Notes under the pieces: generated by a model
Told to the model about the DNA's origin: nothing
Seen by the model: only the letters and a program-made list of their open reading frames with translations
Databases searched by the model: none
Made by a program: the position numbers and the translations under genes
Virus record (IMG/VR): IMGVR_UViG_3300000553_000005
Span: 64,001 to 128,000 of that record
Reading direction: 5' to 3' (one strand)
Origin: a virus
DNA: 64,000 nt
Shown: one piece after another, positions 28,899 to 36,935 of the stretch
Layout of the letters: every line of letters starts with the position of its first letter
Position numbering within the stretch: the stretch's first letter is position 1

Positions 28899-29522
28899 AT
28901 GAGTGTTTTTCTAACATCAGATCTCCATTTCGGCCATGAACGCATAATTGAGATGTGTGATCGTCCTTTTGGCTCCGTGGATGAAATGAACGAAGCTCTG
29001 ATTGCCAATCATAATAATCTCGTTAATCCTATGGATACCGTATATTTCCTGGGTGATGTAGCTATGGGTAAGATTGCTGATTCCCTTCCTTTAGTTGATA
29101 GGATGAATGGGGTTAAGATCCTTATCGCTGGTAATCATGATCGCTGCTCTCCTTACTATAAGCATAAGCGAGAGGATATTCGGGAGACTTGGTATCAAGA
29201 GTACCGTAAGTATTTCTCTCTAATTATACCTAGTATTGAGCTTATGCTTGGTCCTCATGGGCAATCGATTCTTTTACACCATTTCCCTTATGCCGATCCT
29301 TCCTACAAAGATCATTCTTATGAAGGGCGTTATCAAGAGTTTCAGCCTGAGAACAATAATCTTTGGTTACTTCATGGTCATGTTCATACTGGTTGGAAGA
29401 TTAAGGGAAAACAAATCAATTGTGGAGTTGATGTTTGGAACTTCTGTCCGGTAGAGATTGCAGCCGTTCAGCAGCTTATGCTAGAGCAATCACAGGAGGT
29501 TCAAAATGAGCAAGAAAGCTAA
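28899..29522 (+). CDS. metallophosphoesterase
   Basis: SDLHFGH, LGD, GNHD, HGHVH, NCGVD. Confidence 0.9.
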   Translation: MSVFLTSDLHFGHERIIEMCDRPFGSVDEMNEALIANHNNLVNPMDTVYFLGDVAMGKIADSLPLVDRMNGVKILIAGNHDRCSPYYKHKREDIRETWYQEYRKYFSLIIPSIELMLGPHGQSILLHHFPYADPSYKDHSYEGRYQEFQPENNNLWLLHGHVHTGWKIKGKQINCGVDVWNFCPVEIAAVQQLMLEQSQEVQNEQES

Positions 29523-30153
29523 GAAGGAAGTCAAACCAGTTGAAACATTTGTTAAGCCAGATGCGCGAGATGAGTATGATGATTCTGGCAGTAAGCGAAA
29601 GAAGTCAGAGTATCGTTCAGGTTGCGTGAATTTCCCAGTAGAAGGTGAAGTCTTTCTTGGTGGGATTGATTACAAGAATGAAGCCACAGGTGGAATGTAT
29701 GTCCAGCTTGTAGCGATTGAGAAACGTTCTTCCATTGAAAATTGGTGGGAAGACATGTTTGTAGTTTGTTTTGGTGGTGGTAATACTTCTCTTGAATATC
29801 AGGAGGGAATGGCTGGAACAGATACTTTGAAGGATGAATGGGTTCCCTATTACCCCCAACTTGATGCTGAATGGGAAGAGATGACCGCTGATAAGGCTTT
29901 TGCCACCAAGTATTTTTTCCCAAATTTTTATGACAAGGGGAAGCCTCGTAATGTGCGAGAACGTAGCGTTCCTCTGCTGGCTTCTGTGATTTTAGGCTCA
30001 TCTGGTGGGACATGGTGTAAGGGTGAACGAGATTACTTCCGTTGCACTTATGATGACCTCACAGATGAAGGTAAGGCCATTTATGACTCTTTCAAAAAGT
30101 TATATGGTGAGAAGGCTGAACTTCATCTAATTACTTGGATCGATGAGGGTTAA
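29506..30153 (+). CDS. hypothetical protein
   Basis: AGGAGG SD; operon packing. Confidence 0.7.
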   Translation: MSKKAKKEVKPVETFVKPDARDEYDDSGSKRKKSEYRSGCVNFPVEGEVFLGGIDYKNEATGGMYVQLVAIEKRSSIENWWEDMFVVCFGGGNTSLEYQEGMAGTDTLKDEWVPYYPQLDAEWEEMTADKAFATKYFFPNFYDKGKPRNVRERSVPLLASVILGSSGGTWCKGERDYFRCTYDDLTDEGKAIYDSFKKLYGEKAELHLITWIDEG

Positions 30154-30794
30154 TGATGAATGTCTGTTTTAAGCTTATTGAAGTTGGGGGTTTCATTGCC
30201 TCTATTGAAGGAATGAGATTTCCCACTAAATCTATTGGTGATTCTCAACTTTCGCATGAACGACTTCCTAAAGAGCCGGGTATTTTTCTTGGACCTAAGG
30301 ATATTAAGCTGGCTACTAGTCTGATTAAGCAAGGACCAGTTCATGCCAAGTTTCAACGTGGTATTACAGCTTGGTTCAACATCAATATGCCAAGAAGTAT
30401 ATGGTCTGAATTAGACACTTATTCAGTGGGTGTTGATATGATTTCATCCGAATCCACTATGTATACTTTAGTTAAAGAATGCAAACAAATTAAGTCCACT
30501 ATGTTCGTGGACTATACTCCTAGTTTTGTGGTGGATCAGTTTGAGGATGCTGTGAATTCTTTAACGACTGAGTATGGTTCTCGACAGGCCATTCCAATTG
30601 AAGTTCTTAAATCTTGCCTTCCTGAAGGTTGGCTCCAGGCTCGTAATCGCGGATTCAGCTATCAAGCTTTAGCCTCAATGTACAATTATCGAAAAGATCA
30701 TAGAATGCCTGAGTGGCGAGAAGTCATTTGCCCCGCCATTGAAAAACTTCCTTATTTTAAAGAATTAATTCTTGGTATTTATCCAGAAAATTAG
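30153..30794 (+). CDS. divergent ThyX-fold-like phage protein
   Basis: G..HAKF.R, P..W.E.DTY, S.STM, LPEG and R..H..PEW motifs. Confidence 0.55.
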   Translation: MMNVCFKLIEVGGFIASIEGMRFPTKSIGDSQLSHERLPKEPGIFLGPKDIKLATSLIKQGPVHAKFQRGITAWFNINMPRSIWSELDTYSVGVDMISSESTMYTLVKECKQIKSTMFVDYTPSFVVDQFEDAVNSLTTEYGSRQAIPIEVLKSCLPEGWLQARNRGFSYQALASMYNYRKDHRMPEWREVICPAIEKLPYFKELILGIYPEN

Positions 30795-31113
30795 TATAAT
30801 ATGAATAGAGTGATACTCTCATCTGCTAAAGGAGCAACAACGATGTCACACCCCTTTCTGGTTTCTTCTCAATCATGGGGGACCAGATACCAAACCGCCC
30901 TTAATAATTTACTGGCAACCTGGGCCGAAGCTTTAAAGTCTTTTGAGGGGAATAGAATTGATATGGATCTATTCACTCAGGAGTTCATGAAGAAACCGTG
31001 TAACCGTCCCCTCATTAGAACCTTCATCTATAACATCAAAAATGATATGGAAGAGGTGGATGTGGAGGATATGCTAATTGAAATTGGCAAAAAGGAAAAG
31101 GGAGTGAAGGATC

Positions 31114-31623
31114 ATGACTAAAACCGTAGTCATCTCTGCCTTCCCCGGCATTGGAAAAACTTATTACCAGCAACATTCTGATTTAAAAGTCCTGGATTCT
31201 GACTCAAGTGGCTATTCTTGGGCTATTATTGATGGAGTAAAATCTAGGAACCCCGATTTTCCAATGAATTATGTTGAACATATCAAGGAAAATATCGGGA
31301 AAGTAGATGTGATTTTGGTGTCTTCTCACAAGGAAGTCCGTAAGGCTCTGGTGAAAGCCAATATTCCTTATGTTATAGTATATCCAGCATCCTCATTAAA
31401 AAATGAATATCTCAATCGCTATAAGAAACGTGGTAATGACGAAGGCTTCATTGATATGATGAAGAAAAATTACAGTTCCTTTATCTCTGAAATTGAAAAA
31501 GAAAATGGATATAGCAAGGTCAGGCTTCATGATGATGAAGCTTATCTTACGGATATTATTGATACTATCTTCGCTAAAGAAACAGAGGCGACTAAACCTT
31601 ACTCTCTTGCTATTTTAGCTTAA
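31114..31623 (+). CDS. P-loop kinase-like protein
   Basis: ISAFPGIGKT, DSDS, RY..RG. Confidence 0.75.
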   Translation: MTKTVVISAFPGIGKTYYQQHSDLKVLDSDSSGYSWAIIDGVKSRNPDFPMNYVEHIKENIGKVDVILVSSHKEVRKALVKANIPYVIVYPASSLKNEYLNRYKKRGNDEGFIDMMKKNYSSFISEIEKENGYSKVRLHDDEAYLTDIIDTIFAKETEATKPYSLAILA

Positions 31624-31994
31624 GCTTTGATGATTCTGTATTTGGAAATGTGGATTTCCCCAACGGCTGACCCTTTGGGTTTAGACAGATCCCCAGCCTT
31701 TCCTAAGACAACTTTAACTCCTGCCTGTCCCTTTGCCTTGGAGTTTTCTACAGCGGCTCTTACGGCCTCCTGTAGCACTTCAGAGGGTATTTCAGATAAG
31801 TTCTCAGGGTTCCTAATGACAATATGGCTACCTGGGCAATCTGCGGTATGAAGCCACCAATCATTTGGTTGTGCAATCTCCATAGACAAAATATCATTAT
31901 CAGCGGCTGATCTTCCAATTAGGATAGTGAAGCCGTTGAATTCTTTAGTTTTGTATGGGGCTTTAGCTGTGAGAAAGTGGGAATGAAAATTCAT
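31620..31994 (-). CDS. stand-alone NFACT-R (DUF814) RNA-binding domain protein
   Basis: IGRSAADND.LS...A..NDWWLH...PGSH.VIR...A...SK and V.K.KG..G.I pattern. Confidence 0.85.
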   Translation of the reverse strand: MNFHSHFLTAKAPYKTKEFNGFTILIGRSAADNDILSMEIAQPNDWWLHTADCPGSHIVIRNPENLSEIPSEVLQEAVRAAVENSKAKGQAGVKVVLGKAGDLSKPKGSAVGEIHISKYRIIKA

Positions 31995-32080
31995 ATAACC
32001 CTCAATAGAATAGTTAGAAAGTCAAAATAAAGTTGCCTCAAATTGTGACCATATTGGTATAATAGTATAGGAGGTTAGAA

Positions 32081-33103
32081 ATGAACAAGACAATTTCTAT
32101 CCATCCGGTGCCAGAGCTTATTTCTCAACCCGATGGATATTCGTGCGGAGCAACAGCCGCTAAGATGATGCTTAATGTATATGCTCCAGCTAATGACCTT
32201 ACGTTAGAAGAGGTCAAGCAGCTTTTCCTTACTAATCCTGCCACTGGGACAACCCATGAGGGTATGATTAACGGTTTGACTGCTTTGGAGATTCCTTACA
32301 CCCGTACCTTCCAGGCTGAAAAGCCGTTTGAACTGGTGGATGAAGCCCTTAAGCAAAACAAGCTCTTTCTCATGAGAACAGCTATTCATGGATGTAAGCA
32401 TTGGCTCCTAGTCTATGGTAAGGACAAGGAGAACTATCTTATTGCTGACCCCATGGGCCGCTATTGGGTTTGTTCCAAAGCTTTCATGGATGAGATTTGG
32501 GGCTGTCGAGAATATGATGGTTTCATCATTGAAAAGTCTTTTAACGATGAAACCGTTGAAATTCGCAAGATTGAACCCCATGAAGTTGATGAAGCTCTCC
32601 TTGATGCTGGTTTTGGTAGTTTCAAGGACAAGATTGGTGGCACTGCAAATGGGTTTTATAACTCTGTTATGTGGGCCATGGAAAGCCTTGATAATGCTTA
32701 TGTGGCTGTTTACAGGAACAGAATCATCGGTGGCTACTTCCTTGAATTCAACAAGATTGGTAGTTTCTATTTGAATGATTCAGGAGAAAACTACAAGGAT
32801 AAGGTTGGCATTCAAGGTGTCGCTCTTTTCCTTCTTCCAGAGTTTAGGGGCCAGGGAATCGGGGCGGCTCTAAGAGCTATTCCGGTTGAAATGGAGGGGG
32901 TGGATTATGTTTGGGGTATGCATCTCGCCAGTCTCAAGAATGTCAAGAATTGGGTCAAGTATGGCCGAAAGGTAATTTCCGGTAGTGAAGATGGGTTTGC
33001 TGTTACCCTGATGGACTTGAATGAACAAAGGAGAAAGAATGGCACCAAGACTGAAGAAAAATTGGAAAATAGTTTGCATAGCGGATACTCACACACAGCA
33101 TAA
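32081..33103 (+). CDS. C39-like cysteine peptidase fused to a GNAT acetyltransferase
   Basis: Q..YSCGATA, HW and IADP triad; PEFRGQGIG acetyl-CoA motif. Confidence 0.8.
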   Translation: MNKTISIHPVPELISQPDGYSCGATAAKMMLNVYAPANDLTLEEVKQLFLTNPATGTTHEGMINGLTALEIPYTRTFQAEKPFELVDEALKQNKLFLMRTAIHGCKHWLLVYGKDKENYLIADPMGRYWVCSKAFMDEIWGCREYDGFIIEKSFNDETVEIRKIEPHEVDEALLDAGFGSFKDKIGGTANGFYNSVMWAMESLDNAYVAVYRNRIIGGYFLEFNKIGSFYLNDSGENYKDKVGIQGVALFLLPEFRGQGIGAALRAIPVEMEGVDYVWGMHLASLKNVKNWVKYGRKVISGSEDGFAVTLMDLNEQRRKNGTKTEEKLENSLHSGYSHTA

Positions 33104-33713
33104 TACCATTAAGCTTCCCAAGGGAGATATGATTATCCATGCAGGGGATGCCACCTATCGTGGAAGCATTGTAGAAATTGAAAATTTTGCTAAGTGGTTT
33201 GGTAAAACCCCATATCGTCATAGGATTTTTTGCGCCGGAAACCACGATTTTCTATTCCAAGATCAACCACATTTGGCTAGAACCATCATGCAAGATAACG
33301 GAATCATCTATCTTCAAGATGAGGCTAGAATTTTTTATGATCCTAAAATTGCCAAAACTATCACTATCTATGCGACACCCCACACTCCGTTTTTTCATGC
33401 GTGGGCGTTCAACGAATACGAGGACAAGCTCAAAGATATTTATGGCATGATTCCTGAGGGTCTGGATGTCTTGGTTACTCATGGCCCTCCACTTGGTATT
33501 CTGGATGAAGTCTGTCAAGATTTTAAGCAGAAGTGGCTGGGGAGCGCAGCACTGAGAGACAGGATTCACGAAGTCAAACCCCGCTTCCATGTCTTCGGTC
33601 ATATTCATGAAGGCTACGGTCAGAAGTTTCAGGGAGAGACTCAATTTGTGAACGCTGCTACTTGCAATCGGCAGTATCGTCCTGTGAATCCCCCGATTGT
33701 AATCAAAGTTTAA
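33039..33713 (+). CDS. metallophosphoesterase (MPPED-like)
   Basis: ADTH, HAGD, AGNHD, THGPP, FGHIHEG. Confidence 0.9.
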   Translation: MAPRLKKNWKIVCIADTHTQHNTIKLPKGDMIIHAGDATYRGSIVEIENFAKWFGKTPYRHRIFCAGNHDFLFQDQPHLARTIMQDNGIIYLQDEARIFYDPKIAKTITIYATPHTPFFHAWAFNEYEDKLKDIYGMIPEGLDVLVTHGPPLGILDEVCQDFKQKWLGSAALRDRIHEVKPRFHVFGHIHEGYGQKFQGETQFVNAATCNRQYRPVNPPIVIKV

Positions 33714-33755
33714 AAAACTTGACTTAACGCTTCTTCTATTAGGAGCCTTCGTAAC

Positions 33756-34337
33756 ATGTGTTATCCCGTAAGGAAGTATAAGAAGAAAGTAAAATTTCTC
33801 AGAAAGACTTTCTATAGCTGTGTTCAGAAATGGTTAGAAGACCATGACCCCATACAATTTGTGGTTAATCATGACCCCAAATCGTGTGGGGTCAACCCTG
33901 TTTGGAGAGAGAACGGAGGTATTATTAATGTCTCTAAATTTAAGGCTAGATTTACCGAAGAACAAATAGCTAAAAATGGACGATACTCATATTTTTATGC
34001 TCGTTTAACAGGTAGACACTTTGAGCTTGGGGAACCTATGATAGCCACAGACGTAGAGAGTTCCTATCTTTATGCTCGTTATATCCTACGTCACCCCTTT
34101 CCTCAGGCTGAAGAAAGAATCTCTCGTTTTGCAGATTGGAGCTACTATTACGCTAGAGATGTCATTAGAGGTCCATTTGAATTAGGAGAGTATGCGATAG
34201 CTAAAGAGCATCGTTGGGCTTTCTTATATGCTTTAAATGTCCTTTTATTATCATATGCTGAAGCATTGGTATGGGGCAAAGAGCATTTAAAGAAGTATGG
34301 TATTGAACTTGATGAAGATAATGAAGTTATTTTATGA
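33756..34337 (+). CDS. alpha-helical repeat protein (YxYA...F..GE..IA repeats)
   Basis: About four tandem ~25-aa repeats. Confidence 0.7.
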   Translation: MCYPVRKYKKKVKFLRKTFYSCVQKWLEDHDPIQFVVNHDPKSCGVNPVWRENGGIINVSKFKARFTEEQIAKNGRYSYFYARLTGRHFELGEPMIATDVESSYLYARYILRHPFPQAEERISRFADWSYYYARDVIRGPFELGEYAIAKEHRWAFLYALNVLLLSYAEALVWGKEHLKKYGIELDEDNEVIL

Positions 34338-35470
34338 AAATTGTAGATAGGAACATATTTCGCTCCTTACAGCAATATAAATTCCTAAAAGGGGAATTCA
34401 AGAAGCGTTTATCTGAAAAGAACCCTATTGGCTTCATTGGTTACACCGTTCCTTATGAAGAATTGGCAGAATACGGGATGCAGAATTATAGTTTTGCTGA
34501 GTATGACCCTGTTACAAGACAAAGGATTATGCCAGTCATTCTCACTCCTTCTGGACCCTTGAAAAAATTTTTAGAACATTTCTCTGAGGAGGACATTATT
34601 AAATCTCCTCAATGGGCTTATTCCTACGCTTATAATAGACCTGAACGTTGTTACACCCCAGGAAAAGGGTTTGATAGAGATGCTTGTGGCTGGCCCCCTG
34701 GTGAACCTATCATAGCTAGTGACCCTAGAATTGCTTACGCTTACGCATTTAATTGTTTAGGAGGAAGACCGTTTCCACTAGGGGAACCCGCTATAGCAAA
34801 AGCAGGGGGAGAGCTAGCTGAAAGATATGCCTCAAAGATACTAAAACTTCCTCATCCTCTTTGTGATGAATGGGCTGAAAAATACCTTAAAGGAGATTTC
34901 ATGGAGAAACAAGCATCAGGGGAAATGAGCCGTGGTAAGCTCATGGAAGCCCTTCAAGCTTTGAATGATGCCTTAGGTGAATGTGATATGAAGGCGCAGG
35001 TAACGGCTCTTGGTGGGGCCGCTATTCTTTTATCTTATGACGATTTCTCCCGCCCTGTAAAGGATGTGGATGTGTTCTATGATTATAAATCTTCAAGTCC
35101 AGATTTGGATGAGGAGATTATGAATGAGTTGATTAAGGAAGTTGGAGATAGAGTTCATGTTCATCACGAATGGATGAATAATGGAGTTCAACCTTACATC
35201 TGGCTTCCTAGCAATGTGACATATGATACCCCTGTAACCCTTCCAAATTTAACAGTTAGAGTTCCAAATCCTGAATATTTATTTGCTAATAAGTTAGATT
35301 CAGGTCGGAAAGAGGAGAAGGGAAACGACACTAAGGATGTTCGGTTCTTAATGTCTAAGCTAGGCTTTAAATCTCCAAAAGAAATTTTAGCAATGTATAA
35401 ACAATACTACCCGGATAAAAATCCTGGAACTTTTACCTTTGAAGAAGCGTGTCAGGCTATCCGTCAGTAA
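34334..35470 (+). CDS. repeat protein fused to a DUF6036-like nucleotidyltransferase
   Basis: Same repeats as the upstream gene; C-terminal LGGAA..., KDVDV, WMNN.V, YLFANKL, D..D. Confidence 0.7.
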   Translation: MKIVDRNIFRSLQQYKFLKGEFKKRLSEKNPIGFIGYTVPYEELAEYGMQNYSFAEYDPVTRQRIMPVILTPSGPLKKFLEHFSEEDIIKSPQWAYSYAYNRPERCYTPGKGFDRDACGWPPGEPIIASDPRIAYAYAFNCLGGRPFPLGEPAIAKAGGELAERYASKILKLPHPLCDEWAEKYLKGDFMEKQASGEMSRGKLMEALQALNDALGECDMKAQVTALGGAAILLSYDDFSRPVKDVDVFYDYKSSSPDLDEEIMNELIKEVGDRVHVHHEWMNNGVQPYIWLPSNVTYDTPVTLPNLTVRVPNPEYLFANKLDSGRKEEKGNDTKDVRFLMSKLGFKSPKEILAMYKQYYPDKNPGTFTFEEACQAIRQ

Positions 35471-35607
35471 TATAGTGGTATGGAGCCTAAAATGAACAAT
35501 ATTGAAGAAGAACGTGATCGCTATAAACTAGCTCTGGAATATATCATTAGACATATGAATATGACTCAGCCAGGGGCCAGTGCTTTCTCCACCGTTTGTC
35601 ATATTGC

Positions 35608-35916
35608 TCACAAAGCATTAGAACCAGATTGGGATCCTTCTAAACCGGTTCGACTCTGATTACAAATATGATCACCAATTTGAACCACTCTACAAATTGT
35701 GGGGCGATTAGGATAAATAGAGCATCTCACTTCGGCTCCAAGAATTCCTTCAAGAGCGCAACAAATTCCATCAGTCATCTTCATAGCATAAGGAAGAATA
35801 TCTCCTTGTTGAAGCATATCTGGAGATATATGTTCGGCATCACTATTGGTAACTTCTACCCATTTAGGGTCAGGATTGGTGCAGCAAGCTCCACAGGAAG
35901 TACATGATAATGACAT
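35608..35916 (-). CDS. YkgJ/CxxCxxCC family Zn/Fe-S protein
   Basis: CTSCGACC...CCAL...CSIYPNRPTICR. Confidence 0.85.
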   Translation of the reverse strand: MSLSCTSCGACCTNPDPKWVEVTNSDAEHISPDMLQQGDILPYAMKMTDGICCALEGILGAEVRCSIYPNRPTICRVVQIGDHICNQSRTGLEGSQSGSNAL

Positions 35917-35919
35917 TTC

Positions 35920-36933
35920 TTATCCTAAAATAACGGTTTTATATGATACCCCGGCATTCATACACATTATGAGTCCCGCAGCTTCTAAATAATTTTCTAC
36001 AAAGACGACTTTCTTGTTCCCTCTGATCCCTTCAGGATAAGAGAAATTACTCTGACAAGTAGTGTTCTCCATTACGACTATGATAGGGATACCGTGATTT
36101 AGACAAGAGATATGAGGACTTCCCCAACAGTTATGGGGGGTTAGGAGGAAATCTATATCTTCATTAGATATATTCTTGGGATTTTTAATCAGATCAATCA
36201 GAGGACTTTGATGTAATCCCTTTAAAACACAAAAAAGATAAGTATTGGATATAATCTCTGGAGATTGAGAGGGTTTAACCACTACCTTGTTATAAAGATT
36301 ATCTTGAAGAAAATCCATTGGAGCATGAGCGACTGGTTTATCAATGGCTGAAGCAATATATTTACTAATTTGAGCTTCAATCGCTCCCCAAGGATTAACT
36401 GTAATATCTCCCTCCCAATAACTATTAGCAAGTTCTTCGTCACAATCAATAGTGGTGTGAATAGCCAAAGCATCAAAATCTTTATCTTTAATTTGTTCAA
36501 TAAGGGCTATTAAACCACTGGCAGATCCCCCCGCAGTTCCATCGTCATTTAGATGAGCTTTCATGATCAGGGGGGTAGTTAGTTCTAAAAGTTCAATCTC
36601 AGCCCCAAGGCCCCATATACCGGCATTAACCGCATTGATGCTACCTGGAGTAATAGGGGAATTTACTACACAGAGAATTTTGTTATGAGTTTTTACTGGT
36701 TTCAGATTGATTGAACCAGCTAAGAACCTATCAATGATGGAACCTTCGACATAAAGGCAATTGGGAGTTTGTTCGTTAATGTCCGAAGCATTACATAAAT
36801 TTGGATTCACCACTAATTTTTTACAGCATCCAGCTATAAGTTTCAATCCTGGATTAAAGGCTGCGTCACCACCTAAAGAACAGCCAAGGCCAGTGGGGAT
36901 AATCATCACACCGTTGATACTAGGTATAGGCAT
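35920..36933 (-). CDS. DUF3326-like protein
   Basis: IIPTGLGCSLGGDA, NPN..NA, LYVEG..IDRF, NPWG.IEA, PVAHAP, ENYLEAAG. Confidence 0.75.
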   Translation of the reverse strand: MPIPSINGVMIIPTGLGCSLGGDAAFNPGLKLIAGCCKKLVVNPNLCNASDINEQTPNCLYVEGSIIDRFLAGSINLKPVKTHNKILCVVNSPITPGSINAVNAGIWGLGAEIELLELTTPLIMKAHLNDDGTAGGSASGLIALIEQIKDKDFDALAIHTTIDCDEELANSYWEGDITVNPWGAIEAQISKYIASAIDKPVAHAPMDFLQDNLYNKVVVKPSQSPEIISNTYLFCVLKGLHQSPLIDLIKNPKNISNEDIDFLLTPHNCWGSPHISCLNHGIPIIVVMENTTCQSNFSYPEGIRGNKKVVFVENYLEAAGLIMCMNAGVSYKTVILG

Positions 36934-36935
36934 TG

